A DNA stretch of 64,000 nucleotides from an uncultured Gemmatimonadales bacterium (GTDB lineage Bacteria > Gemmatimonadota > Gemmatimonadetes > Gemmatimonadales > Gemmatimonadaceae). Below the pieces are notes generated by a model. That model worked only from the letters and a program-made list of their open reading frames with translations, was not told the origin of the DNA and ran no database searches. Both the position numbers and the translations under genes were made by a program. This document shows positions 37,963 through 51,333 of the stretch, piece by piece (within the stretch, counting starts at the first letter, position 1; each line of letters begins with the position of its first letter). The DNA is taken from assembly GCA_963701965.1 (NCBI GenBank), contig OY969695.1:2528001-2592000 (forward strand), read 5' to 3'.

Positions 37963-37991
37963 TTGACGTGTCACCACGTGCGCTCTAGCTT
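37963..37991 (+). promoter_or_regulatory. his operon promoter (leaderless start at the leader ATG)
   Basis: TTGACG-N17-TAGCTT-N7-ATG. Confidence 0.7.
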
Positions 37992-37998
37992 GGTTCCC

Positions 37999-38091
37999 AT
38001 GTCTACCGCACGGCGTCACCACCATCATGCGCAGCACAGCCATGGCCCGACGGGCCCTGGTGTTCGCTCGCGTGCCTGCTCGGTGGTGTAG
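37999..38091 (+). CDS. hisL: his leader peptide MSTARRHHHHAQHSHGPTGPGVRSRACSVV
   Basis: 6 His codons (4 consecutive) upstream of a terminator and hisG. Confidence 0.88.
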   Translation: MSTARRHHHHAQHSHGPTGPGVRSRACSVV

Positions 38092-38118
38092 CGCCGGATT
38101 ACGCGACAGTCGAACCCC

Positions 38119-38148
38119 AAGGCCCGTCCGAATGGACGGGCCTTTTTT
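38119..38148 (+). terminator. his attenuator terminator
   Basis: GGCCCGTCC-GAAT-GGACGGGCC-TTTTTT; GACGGGCC at 38049-38056 can pair with its 5' arm. Confidence 0.9.
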
Positions 38149-38174
38149 GTTGGCGTACTCTCGAACCCGTTCTC

Positions 38175-39032
38175 ATGCTTCGCATTGCCCTTCCCAACAA
38201 AGGCCGTCTCGCCAATGAGGCGCGCGCGCTGTTCGCCAATGCCGGACTCGGGGTCCGCGGCGGCAACGACCGCGCCCTCACGGCCTCGCTCGGCGGCGAG
38301 TTTCAAGCGCTGTTCGTCCGCGCCCAAGATGTCGCCGAGTTCGTCGCCGACGGCGCCGCGGACGCCGGTGTCACCGGGTGGGACCTGGTCGCCGAGTCGG
38401 AACGCACGCTGGACACGCTGCTCGATCTCGAGTTCGGGCGCTGCCGCCTCGTCGTGGCGTCGCACGAAGACAGCGGAATCGCATCGCTCGACGACATGGC
38501 GCACACATCCCCGCGCGTGGCCACGGTCTTCCCCCGACTGACGCGGCGCTTCTTCGATGGAACGGGCTATCCGGTGACGATCGTCCCGGTGTCCGGCGCC
38601 GCCGAGGTCGCGCCCCACTTGGGGATCGCCGATATCGTCGTGGATCTGACGTCGAGCGGGTCGACACTCAAGGTGAACGGGCTGCGCGAGCTGGCCACGA
38701 TCCTCGACTCGACGGCGCGACTCATCGCCGCCCCGGCGGCCGGCGCGCGGCGCCGCGGCCTCGACGAGCTGTGCACGGCGCTCGATTCGGTCGTGCGAGG
38801 ACGCTCGGCGCGCTATCTCATGGCCAACGTGCCACGCGCGGCGTTGGACCGCGTGACCGCCGTCCTGCCGGGCCTCAACGGGCCCACGGTCATCGACATC
38901 CAGAACGGTCACACGATGGTCGCGGTGCACGCGGTCGTTCCCGCCGACGGCATCTATCGCACCATCGGTGCCCTCAAGGCGCTCGGCGCCGAAGGCGTGC
39001 TCGTGACCCGCATCGAGCGGCTGATGCCATGA
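38175..39032 (+). CDS. hisG: ATP phosphoribosyltransferase (long form)
   Basis: LRIALPNKGRL, DAGVTGWD, IVDLTSSGSTL..NGL. Confidence 0.96.
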   Translation: MLRIALPNKGRLANEARALFANAGLGVRGGNDRALTASLGGEFQALFVRAQDVAEFVADGAADAGVTGWDLVAESERTLDTLLDLEFGRCRLVVASHEDSGIASLDDMAHTSPRVATVFPRLTRRFFDGTGYPVTIVPVSGAAEVAPHLGIADIVVDLTSSGSTLKVNGLRELATILDSTARLIAAPAAGARRRGLDELCTALDSVVRGRSARYLMANVPRAALDRVTAVLPGLNGPTVIDIQNGHTMVAVHAVVPADGIYRTIGALKALGAEGVLVTRIERLMP

Positions 39033-40297
39033 CGGTCTTCTCCTGCATCGGCTCGATCGCCGCGGGCGCGTCGGCGCTCGGCGATCGTTCCACGTCGGCC
39101 AATGACGCCATCCGAACCGAGACCGCCGCCATCATCGCCCGCGTGCGGCGCGATGGCGACGAGGCGCTCCGCGCGTTGGCGCGCACACTGGATGGCGTGG
39201 AGCTCGAGGCGCTCGAGGTGCCGCGCCGGGCGTGGGATGCGGCGCTGGCATCGACGAGTCCGGCGCTGTATCAGGCCATGGAGCGGGCGATTCGGAACAT
39301 CGAGCGCGCGCATCAGGCTTTTCGTCCCGTGGGCAGCGAGATCGAGACGGAGCCCGGCGTGACGGTCGGCCGGCGTCCCGACGCATTACATCGCGTCGGC
39401 GTGTACGCGCCGGGCGGGCGCGCGACGTATCCCAGCAGCCTGTTGATGGGCGCAATTCCGGCCCGGGTGGCCGGCGTCCGGGAGGTGATCGTGTGCTCGC
39501 CTCGTCCATCGTCCGCCATCCTCGCCGCTGCCGCGCTCGCCGGCGTCGATCGCGTGTTCGCCGTCGGCGGCGCCGGCGCGATCGCGGCGATGGCGTACGG
39601 GACGGAGACCGTTCCCCGCGTCGATCGCATCGTCGGTCCCGGCAACGCCTACGTGGCCGAGGCCAAGCTGCAACTCGCCGGCGTGGTCGCCAGCGAGGCG
39701 CCGGCGGGCCCGAGCGAGCTCCTCGTCATCGCCGACGCCACCGCCAGTCCGGATGGGATCGCCCGCGAGGTCCTGGCCCAGGCCGAGCACGATCCACGTG
39801 CCGCCGTCGTCGTGGTGGGGATCGGAAGCCCAGTGACCAGTCGGATCGGCGACGCCGTGGCCGCGATGATCGCGGGCGCCGAGCGCCGGTCGATCATCGC
39901 CGAGGCGCTGGCGACGCGCGGCGCGCTGCTCGTGGCCGAAAACGTCGGAGAGGCCGTGCAGTTCGCGAATACCTGGGCGCCCGAGCATCTCCTGCTGGCG
40001 ATCGCCGAGCCAATGGCCGCGCTCGGCGACGTCCGGAACGCCGGCACGGTGTTTCTCGGCGAGTCCAGTTCGGTCGCGTTCGGGGACTATGTCACGGGCG
40101 CGAATCACGTCCTTCCAACGGGCGGGCTTGCGCGTTCGTACAACGGTCTGTCAACGTCCGATTTCGTGCGGTGGACGACCTATCAGCGGGTTGACCCGGA
40201 AGCGGCGGCTCGTCTGGCGCTGGACACATCTGTGTTCGCCGAGGCCGAACGTCTCACCGCGCACGCCGCCGCGGCGCGCGCATGGGAGAAACGATGA
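39029..40297 (+). CDS. hisD: Histidinol dehydrogenase
   Basis: GVYAPGG, IVGPGNAYV, AGPSE, QAEHDP, APEHL, GDY..GANHVLPT. Confidence 0.96.
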   Translation: MTVFSCIGSIAAGASALGDRSTSANDAIRTETAAIIARVRRDGDEALRALARTLDGVELEALEVPRRAWDAALASTSPALYQAMERAIRNIERAHQAFRPVGSEIETEPGVTVGRRPDALHRVGVYAPGGRATYPSSLLMGAIPARVAGVREVIVCSPRPSSAILAAAALAGVDRVFAVGGAGAIAAMAYGTETVPRVDRIVGPGNAYVAEAKLQLAGVVASEAPAGPSELLVIADATASPDGIAREVLAQAEHDPRAAVVVVGIGSPVTSRIGDAVAAMIAGAERRSIIAEALATRGALLVAENVGEAVQFANTWAPEHLLLAIAEPMAALGDVRNAGTVFLGESSSVAFGDYVTGANHVLPTGGLARSYNGLSTSDFVRWTTYQRVDPEAAARLALDTSVFAEAERLTAHAAAARAWEKR

Positions 40298-41328
40298 GAG
40301 CCGCCTATCGCGACGTCGCGCTCTATGTCAACGAGAAACCGCCGTGCCCGGTCGACCTCAGCGACAATACGAACCTGTGGGGGATGCCGCCCGCCGCGGC
40401 CGAGGCGGCAGCGCGCGCGGCGGTAGCGTCCACGCGGTATCCGACGGTTTACGCCGGGGCGCTCAAACGGGCGATTGCCGAGTACCTCGGCGTCACGCCC
40501 GACATGATCGTCACTGGCTGCGGGTCGGACAATGTGCTGGACTCGGCCATCCGGGCCCTGGCCGAGCCGGGAGACCGGTTCGCGCATCCGGACCCGACGT
40601 TCCCGATGGCGGCGACATTCGCGCGCATGAATGCCCTGGAGCCCATCGGCGTGCCACTGACGGCGGGATGGGACGCCAACGCCGCCGCTTTTCTCGACAC
40701 CGGCGCGCGCCTCACCTACCTCTGCTCGCCCAACAATCCGAACGGCGGTGCGTTCTCCCGCGACGCCGTGGCGGATGTGGTCGCCGGTGCGGCCGGAGTC
40801 GTCGTGATCGACGAAGCCTATGGTGAGTTCGCCGACCGGTATGACATCGATCTTCTTGCGCGCTCGGATCGCCTCGTCATCGTGCGGACTCTGTCCAAGG
40901 CGTTCGGGCTCGCGGGCCTCCGCATCGGCTACGCCGTTGGCACGCCGGCGCTCGTGGCCGAGATCGAGAAGTCGCGTGGTCCCTACAAGGTCAACGTCGT
41001 CGCCGAGCGCGCGGCCGTGGCCGCGCTGACGGAAGACCTGGAATGGGTGTCGGCCCGGATCGCCGAAGTCCGCCAGAACCGGCGGCGCTTCGCGGCGGCC
41101 GCGGCGGCGATCGGCCCATATGATCCGTTGCCCACGGATGCCAACTTTGTGCTGCTCCGGATCACGGAGCTCGACCTGGGAAGCCGCGAGGTCGCGCTGC
41201 GGTTGCGCCAGCGCGGCATCGCTGTGAGGCCGTATACAGGTCTGTCCGGGATCGGGGAGGCGGTGCGTGTCACGATCGGACCGTGGGACCTGATGGAAGA
41301 GTGCCTCGCGGCGCTGGGGAGTGCCTGA
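40294..41328 (+). CDS. hisC: Histidinol-phosphate aminotransferase
   Basis: CSPNNPNG, DEAYGEF, RTLSKAFGLAGLRIGY. Confidence 0.95.
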   Translation: MRAAYRDVALYVNEKPPCPVDLSDNTNLWGMPPAAAEAAARAAVASTRYPTVYAGALKRAIAEYLGVTPDMIVTGCGSDNVLDSAIRALAEPGDRFAHPDPTFPMAATFARMNALEPIGVPLTAGWDANAAAFLDTGARLTYLCSPNNPNGGAFSRDAVADVVAGAAGVVVIDEAYGEFADRYDIDLLARSDRLVIVRTLSKAFGLAGLRIGYAVGTPALVAEIEKSRGPYKVNVVAERAAVAALTEDLEWVSARIAEVRQNRRRFAAAAAAIGPYDPLPTDANFVLLRITELDLGSREVALRLRQRGIAVRPYTGLSGIGEAVRVTIGPWDLMEECLAALGSA

Positions 41329-41330
41329 AC

Positions 41331-42059
41331 GTGCGCGTCTCCGTGTTCGATTACGGCGCCGGCAACTTGCACTCGTTGTGCAAGGCGCTCGAGGCGCCCG
41401 GGATCTCGGTGGGGATCGAGACCGACCCGATGCAAGCGCTCGCCGCCGACGCGCTCGTCCTGCCCGGCGTCGGCGCATTTCCCACCGCCGCCGAGCGGCT
41501 GGCGCCCGGCCGGCTGGCCGTCGCCGATGCGCTGGCCTCGGGGATGCCATGCCTGGCGATCTGTCTCGGGATGCAGCTCTTGTTCGACGACAGCGAGGAA
41601 GGCGAGGGTGAGGGCCTGAGCGTGATTGCCGGCCAGGTCACGCGGCTGGTGTCCCGCCGCGTGCCCCATATCGGCTGGAGCGCGTTGGAGCTCGCGGAGC
41701 GGGAGGATCCCGGCTCAGCCGGGATCAGTCCAACCGACCCCGGATCTCGCGACGCGGCGCGGCGCAGGGATCCCGGCGCAGCCGGGATCAGTCCAACCGA
41801 CCCCGGATCTCGCGACGCGGAGCGTCGCAGAGATCCTTTGTTCGTCGCGTCGGGGTTGGACGTCGCGTATTTCGCCCACAGCTATGCGTGCCGGCCGTCG
41901 GACGCCAAGCTCGTGACCGCGTGGACCACGGAGGGCGATGATCGTTTCGCGGCGGCGATCCGTTGGCGCAACGTCTTGGGAGTCCAGTTTCATCCCGAGA
42001 AGAGCTCGGCGGCTGGCGTGCGATTCGTGCGCGGATTTCTGGCGCGGGCGGCGGCGTGA
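41331..42059 (+). CDS. hisH: IGP synthase glutaminase subunit with 42-aa repeat insertion
   Basis: DYGAGNL.S, LPGVGAF, ICLGMQ, PHIGW, YFAHSY, QFHPEKS. Confidence 0.95.
   Translation: MRVSVFDYGAGNLHSLCKALEAPGISVGIETDPMQALAADALVLPGVGAFPTAAERLAPGRLAVADALASGMPCLAICLGMQLLFDDSEEGEGEGLSVIAGQVTRLVSRRVPHIGWSALELAEREDPGSAGISPTDPGSRDAARRRDPGAAGISPTDPGSRDAERRRDPLFVASGLDVAYFAHSYACRPSDAKLVTAWTTEGDDRFAAAIRWRNVLGVQFHPEKSSAAGVRFVRGFLARAAA
41706..41836 (+). repeat. Two tandem 63-bp palindromic elements inserted in frame in hisH
   Basis: GATCC at 41706, 41769 and 41832; each unit has a GATCCCGGC-N3-GCCGGGATC hairpin and a GCGACGC-N3-GCG(T/G)CGC hairpin. Confidence 0.92.
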
Positions 42060-42769
42060 TTGTGCTACCGGCGGTCGACCTGCGCGGCGGCGCCTGCGTC
42101 CAGCTCATCGGCGGATCGTACGATCACGAGCGCATTCGCCTGAGCGATCCGGGTGCGGTCGCCCGGACGTGGCAGGACGTGGGATTCCGACAGCTGCACT
42201 GTGTCGATCTCGACGCGGCCACGGGCCGGGGATCGAATGAGGGCGTCGTTCGCGAGATTCTCTCGATCACCGACTTCGAGGTCCAGGTGGGCGGCGGGGT
42301 CCGCGACGATGGACGCATCGAGGATCTTCTCGCGGACGGTGCCCGCCGCGTGATCGTGGGCACGCGCGCGCTCGAGGACGGGGCGTGGCTGGATGAGATG
42401 GCGGCGCGATTCCCGGACGAGCTGATCGTGGCGGCCGACGTGTTCGACCGGCGGGTCGTGACCCGCGGATGGACGCGCGCGCTGCCGGTCGACATTCTCG
42501 ACGCGATCGAAGAGTTGAACGCGCTGCCGTTGGCGGGGATCCTGGTGACGGCGGTCCACCGCGAGGGACAGCTCCAAGGCACGGACCTGCCACTCATGGA
42601 AGACGTCGCCGAAGCCGCGGCCTATCCCGTGTACGCGGCGGGCGGCATCACGACGGTGCACGATCTCCGGGCCTTGGCCAGTCGTGGCGTGGCCGCCGCG
42701 ATCATCGGCACGGCCCTCTATACCGGCGCGATCGACCCCCACGCCACCGCAGCGGAGTTTGGCGAATGA
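42056..42769 (+). CDS. hisA: ProFAR isomerase
   Basis: LPAVDLRGGACVQL, LHCVDLDAA, QVGGGVR, YAAGGI. Confidence 0.95.
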   Translation: MIVLPAVDLRGGACVQLIGGSYDHERIRLSDPGAVARTWQDVGFRQLHCVDLDAATGRGSNEGVVREILSITDFEVQVGGGVRDDGRIEDLLADGARRVIVGTRALEDGAWLDEMAARFPDELIVAADVFDRRVVTRGWTRALPVDILDAIEELNALPLAGILVTAVHREGQLQGTDLPLMEDVAEAAAYPVYAAGGITTVHDLRALASRGVAAAIIGTALYTGAIDPHATAAEFGE

Positions 42770-43299
42770 CCACTGTCACGCGCGAGACCAAGGAAACCCG
42801 GATCCAAGTCCGGATCGAGAAGGCCCGCCCCGGTGCCGTGGAGGTCAGCGCGGTCACCGGCGAACCGTTCCTGGACCACATGTTGGTGACGTTCGCCCAC
42901 TACGCGGCGCTCAACCTGCACATGACGGCGGCGGGGGATCTGCGGCATCACCTGATCGAGGATACGGCGATCGCGATCGGGCAAGCGATCGCGCTCGTCG
43001 CGCCGCCGGGCGCGGCCCGCTACGCGGATCGCACGATCCCGATGGACGACGCCCTGGTGCAGGTGGCGCTCGATGTCGGCGGGCGGCCGTACTACGACGG
43101 CAAGGTGCCGAGCGCGCTCTACAATCATTGGTTCCGCTCCTTCGCCGACAACGCCCGCAGCACGCTCCACGTGCGCGTGCTGCGGGGGCACGACCGGCAT
43201 CACATTGTCGAGGCGGCGTTCAAAGCATTGGGACTGGCGCTGCGCGACGCGCTCGTGGATACCGGCGCCGTCATGAGCATCAAGGGTGCCGTGCAGTGA
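42766..43299 (+). CDS. hisB: Imidazoleglycerol-phosphate dehydratase
   Basis: RETKET, FLDHML, HHLIED, PMDDAL, HHIVEAAFKA. Confidence 0.95.
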   Translation: MTTVTRETKETRIQVRIEKARPGAVEVSAVTGEPFLDHMLVTFAHYAALNLHMTAAGDLRHHLIEDTAIAIGQAIALVAPPGAARYADRTIPMDDALVQVALDVGGRPYYDGKVPSALYNHWFRSFADNARSTLHVRVLRGHDRHHIVEAAFKALGLALRDALVDTGAVMSIKGAVQ

Positions 43300-44069
43300 T
43301 GCGTCGCATCATCGTGTGTCTCGACGTTGATGCCGGGCGGGTCGTCAAAGGCGTGCAATTCGAGGCGTTGCGCGATGTCGGCGATCCCGCGTCGCTCGCC
43401 GAGCGCTACGAGGCGGACGGGGCCGACGAGATCGTCTTTCTCGACATCTCGGCGTCGGCCGAGGGGCGGGCGACATTGCTCGACGTGGCCCGCCGGACGG
43501 CGGAGCGACTCTTCGTGCCGCTGACGATCGGTGGCGGCATTCGATCGGCCGACGACGTCGGCCGGGCGCTGCGCTCGGGGGCCGACAAGGTCAGCATCAA
43601 CTCCGCCGCCGTGGAGCGGCCGGTCGTCCTCGGCGAGGTGGCCGAGCGATTCGGATCGCAGTGCGTGGTGGCCAGTATCGACGCGAAATACGACGAGACG
43701 TTCGCCGCCGACGGACGTCCGCCGTGGCGCGTGTACGTCCACGGCGGACGCACGCCGACGGGCCTCGACGCGGTAGGATGGGCGCGCATGTGCGTGACGG
43801 CGGGCGCCGGCGAGATCCTGCTCACGAGTATCGATCGCGATGGGGCGCGCACGGGGTACGATTTGGCGTTGACGGCGGCGGTCACGGCCGCGGTCGATGT
43901 GCCGGTGATCGCGTCCGGCGGCGCGGGGAATCCCGAGGACGTGTGCCAGGTGCTGAGCGAGGCGCAGGCGGACGCCGCGCTCGTCGCCGGCATCGTGCAC
44001 GATGGGGTCACCACGGTCGGTGCCATCAAAGCCGCCGTCGCTTCCGCGGGGATCCCATGCCGGCGATGA
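43299..44069 (+). CDS. hisF: IGP synthase cyclase subunit
   Basis: RIIVCLDV..GRVVKG, FLDISA, GADKVSINS, GEILLTSIDRDG, IASGGAG. Confidence 0.96.
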   Translation: MRRIIVCLDVDAGRVVKGVQFEALRDVGDPASLAERYEADGADEIVFLDISASAEGRATLLDVARRTAERLFVPLTIGGGIRSADDVGRALRSGADKVSINSAAVERPVVLGEVAERFGSQCVVASIDAKYDETFAADGRPPWRVYVHGGRTPTGLDAVGWARMCVTAGAGEILLTSIDRDGARTGYDLALTAAVTAAVDVPVIASGGAGNPEDVCQVLSEAQADAALVAGIVHDGVTTVGAIKAAVASAGIPCRR

Positions 44070-44826
44070 GCCTGCTGCACGCGGTCGCCGAGCTGGCGCA
44101 GCTCGTTGGTGATACGGCGCTCCAACACTTCGGCAACGCCGATCTCGCGGTGGAGACCAAGGCGGACGGGTCGCCGGTGACGATCGCGGACCGGAACGCC
44201 GAGGCAAAAGCCCGCGAGTGGTTGGCGCGGCGGTTCCCCGACGACGGCATCATCGGCGAGGAGTTCGGCGCCGAGCGGTCCGGGGCGCGGCGGCGTTGGA
44301 TCATTGATCCCATCGACGGCACGAAATCTTTCGTGCGCGGCGTGCCGCTGTGGGCGACGCTCATCGCCGTCGCCGAGGAGGACACCGTGCTGGCGGGCGC
44401 CGTTCACTGCGCCGCGGCGGGCGAGTTGGTCGCGGCCGCGCTGGGCGAGGGCGCGTGGTGGAACGGCTCCCGGTGCGCCGTGTCGTCGGTCGCCAATGTG
44501 GCGCAGGCGACGATGTTGACGAGCGGCGATCGGTTCGACGGGTATCCCGAGCGCCGGGCGCGGTGGACGACGTTCACGGATGCCGCCGCGGTGTACCGGA
44601 CCTGGGGCAATGGATTCGGTTACCTGATGGTCGCCACGGGGCGCGCCGAAGTCATGGCCGACAGCGCCCTGCAACCGTGGGATGCGGCGGCGCCGTACGC
44701 GATCGTCACCGAGGCCGGCGGCCAGTTTGTGTCGTGGGCCGGAGTGGATACGGCGTTCGGCGGAAACGGGATCGCCACCAACATGGCGCTGGCGCCCGCG
44801 GTGCGCGCGGCGTTGCTGGATCGGTG

Positions 44827-44827
<1 letters not shown>
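44066..44827 (+). CDS. hisN: Histidinol-phosphatase (inositol monophosphatase family)
   Basis: SPVTIAD, GEE, IIDPIDGTKSF, WDAAA; position within the his operon. Confidence 0.85.
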
Positions 44828-47958
<3,131 letters not shown>

Positions 47959-47965
47959 CGGCGCG

Positions 47966-49148
47966 TCAGCGCTTGAGGCGCTTCATGCCGTTGCCCCACA
48001 ACAGGCCGATCCGGGCCGAGATCGCGGCGTAGAGCATCGCCATCCCGATGCCCTGCGCGAATGTCCCGGCGCTTTCCGTCGGTCCCCAGAACACGTATCG
48101 CCAAGGGCCGAGCGGCTGGTTGTACTCCCACTGGTCGGCCGCGAAGAAATAATTGCGGGCGGCCGGTGTGAGCATGAAGTCCGCGAAGAACCACTCGACG
48201 GCCAGGAGCACGGCGACGAACGCCACCCCGAGGACGGCCGCGAGCTGCCAGTCGCGCCCCGGCCCGATCCGGCGCATCAGTACATCGATGACGACGGCCG
48301 GGACGACGAGGAGCAGCGGAAAGAACGGCGGCACCATGTGCGTGACGAGAATGGTAGATCGGCGCCAGCTTGGGCGTGGCCGGAAACGCCTCCAACGTCC
48401 ACATCATGATGAGCACGATACCCATGTAGATCGCCGCCGTGACGGTGGCCGGCCATTTGAGCCGTCCGGCCCGCGCGAACGCGATCAAAAAGATGGGAAA
48501 CACGGCGCCCAGCACCTTGTAGGCGGACGCCGCGTGCATGCGGTTGGGCGCCGCCGCGTATTGCATGATCAGCGTCGCGATCATGGTGATGAGGATCCCG
48601 CCGGCCAGCGCGTAGCTCAGCGCGTATGGGCGCACATCATCGTCCTTGGCGCGATTCTGCGCCGCCAGCGCCATGAGCATGGCGCCGACCTGGACGGCGA
48701 CCATGCCGGTCGCCAGCACCATGTGCGGCGGGCTCACGATCTTGACGTCGAGCCCGTACGCGTTGTGCCACCAGTCGTCGAACGGTGCCGACGTGATCAT
48801 GAGGAGGGTGCCCCAAATGCACACCCAGGCGCCCAGCGGTCCGCGAAATCCCCAGAACCGCACGGTCGAGGCGCGGTCGGCGACCGAGCCGGCAAACGTC
48901 GTGCGGAGCACCAGCCAGCCGCAGGACAAGCCGGCGACCGAGGCGCCAAGCTGCTCCTCGAGATGCGGCAGGGTCCAGAACGTGTCGCGTCCCACGGTGC
49001 GGTGCCACGAGATGTCCCAGATGAGACCCGTGACAATGCACAGCGAGGAGAACATCACGGCCGCCATCGTCCACGTAAGATCGGACGCGGCAACCCGTTC
49101 CAATGCGTCGGCGCGGTAGGTCGGACCCGCGGCAAGAGTCGTCGCCAT
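47966..49148 (-). CDS. Multi-pass membrane protein, 1-bp frameshift near 48350
   Basis: WDISWH...GRDTFW..PH, PFDDWWH..YGLD..I.SPPH; continues in ORF 47966..48337. Confidence 0.75.
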
Positions 49149-49194
49149 GCGATAAATGTTGCGACCGTCGCCCGGCAGCACCAGACTGTATGCA

Positions 49195-50082
49195 ATGCTC
49201 CTGCGCAATGTCTCCGATACTGCGCGCTGGGTCGCCATGTACCGGGCACTCGAGTCGGAACGTCCGGACGCGATCTTTCGCGATCCGTTCGCCCGCCGGC
49301 TCGCGGGCGAGCGGGGCGCCGAAGTGGTGCGTACGGTGCCGGGCGCGAAGCAGCTGTCGTGGCCAATGGTGGTGCGGACGGCGGTATTGGACGAGCTGAT
49401 CCAGCGTGCCGTGGCGCGCGATGGCGTCGATCTCGTGCTCAATCTCGCGGCGGGCCTCGACGCCCGACCGTACCGGCTCGCGCTGCCGCCGTCGCTCCGG
49501 TGGGTGGACGTCGACCTTCCCGAGATCCTCGCCTACAAACAGGAGATGATGAAAGGCGAGCGGCCGGCCTGCGCCCTGGAGACGATTCCGACGGATCTGG
49601 CCGACGCGGCGGCGCGCCGGGCCCTGTTCGAGCAGATCAACGCCCAAGGGCGGCGCGTGTTCGTGGTCTCGGAGGGTCTGCTCGTCTATCTCACGCGCGA
49701 GCAGGTGACGGCGCTGGCGAAGGACCTTCGCGCCGAGCCGACGTTCGAGTGGTGGGCGTTCGACCTGGCGTCGCGGGGTGTGCTGCACATGATGCAGAAG
49801 CGGTGGCAGCCGCATCTCGGCGGCGACGCCCGCATGCAATTCGCCCCAGCCGAAGGCACGGGGTTCTTCACGGCGCTCGGCTGGTGGGTGAGCGAGTTCC
49901 GGCTCACGATGACCGAGGCGCGCCGCCTGCACCGGCAAATGCGCCTGGCGTGGCTCTTCCGCCTGTTCGGCGTCCTCGACGCCCGGCGGCCACAGGAGAA
50001 ATCCCTGTGGCGCACCGGCGTGGTCTTGCTTCAGAACCCCGTGACGGCGGCGCGCGCGAGCTTGGTGGTATCGCCGACGTAG
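49195..50082 (+). CDS. SAM-dependent methyltransferase (LCM/YktD-like)
   Basis: TARWVA.YRA.E, FRDPFA, LAAGLDARPYRL, SEGLLVYL. Confidence 0.9.
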   Translation: MLLRNVSDTARWVAMYRALESERPDAIFRDPFARRLAGERGAEVVRTVPGAKQLSWPMVVRTAVLDELIQRAVARDGVDLVLNLAAGLDARPYRLALPPSLRWVDVDLPEILAYKQEMMKGERPACALETIPTDLADAAARRALFEQINAQGRRVFVVSEGLLVYLTREQVTALAKDLRAEPTFEWWAFDLASRGVLHMMQKRWQPHLGGDARMQFAPAEGTGFFTALGWWVSEFRLTMTEARRLHRQMRLAWLFRLFGVLDARRPQEKSLWRTGVVLLQNPVTAARASLVVSPT

Positions 50083-51333
50083 GCGAACGCGATGTCGCTC
50101 ATGTAGCGCTGCGTCACGCGGCGCACATCCTCGTTCGTGACCTGGCGGAGCTCGGCCACGAAGCGGTCCGCGACGCGGTAGTCGCCCCGATACAGCTCGG
50201 CCCGGGCCAGGAAGTTCGCCTGGTCGGCGGTGGTTTCGTTGTCGAGAAAGTATTCGGTGATGAATTGCTGCACGAGCCGCTCCAGCGCGTCGGGATCGAC
50301 GAGATTCCGCTTGAGAATGGGCGATCTCCGTGTGCATGATCTCGAGCACGGAGTCCGGTGAGCCGGTGGTGACGTACAGGCCGCCCTCGGCCAGTGCGCG
50401 TTCGACGAACGGGGCGTTGACGGCGTACGACAGGTTCCGCTTATCGCGCACTTCGGAAAAGAGGCGGCCGGAGAGGACGGCGGTGGCGACGCGCAGGGCC
50501 TGATAATCCGGACTGGTGGCCGCCGGGCCCTCGTAGTAACCCAGCAGGTAGTTCGTGGGCAACTCCCGCGGGACGGCGCGCAGCGTACTCGTGCGGGGGG
50601 GGGTCGGCGGCGCGGCGGGCAGCGTCCACTTGTAGGTGCCGAGCGGCAGGCCGGCCAGCGTGCGGGAGATGAGACGCTCCATTCGAGCACGATCGACGTC
50701 GCCCACCACGACGATCAGCATCCGCGAGCGGACCATCTGGGTCGCTTGGAAGTCGGCGAGTTGCCGGCGTGTGAGCGCGGCGATCGAGCGCTCGGTGCCG
50801 CCGACGGAGCGGCTGTACGGATGGCCCGCGTACGCCGCGCTATCGGCGAGATAGTCGACGAGGGCATCCGGGCTGTCCTGCCGTTGCCGGATCGCCGACG
50901 TGTACTGCGTACGGATCAACTCAATGTCGGCGCCGTCGAGGGTCGGGTACATCAAGCGGTCGGCCAGCACGACCCAGGTGGAGTCGAAAGTCTCCGGGGT
51001 CGCCCGCACGCCGATGGACGTCCAATCGGCCGTAGGGTCGACCACAATCGAAGTGCCCAACCGGGCCATCGTCCGGCGGAGCAACGCGCGGGGGAAGTGC
51101 TTGGTGCCGCGGTCGGAGACGTCGAGCAGAAACGGCTCGATCCCCGCGGTCGCGTCAGTCTCCTCGCGCGCGCCGCCCAACAGATACACGTCGGCGGTCG
51201 CCACACCGGCCAATGTCGAATGCCGCAGGATCACCGGGATCCCGGCGACGACGAATCGCGACGTCGCCGTGTCGGGCGCCGCCGGGCCCGACGGGCCAGC
51301 GAGCGCGGTCAATAGCGCGATGGCCCGGATCAT
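50031..51333 (-). CDS. M16 peptidase non-catalytic partner subunit, 1-bp frameshift near 50317
   Basis: Signal peptide MIRAIALL, HPY.....GT, VVVGDV, SGRLF.EVR.KR.LSY; no HXXEH. Confidence 0.85.
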
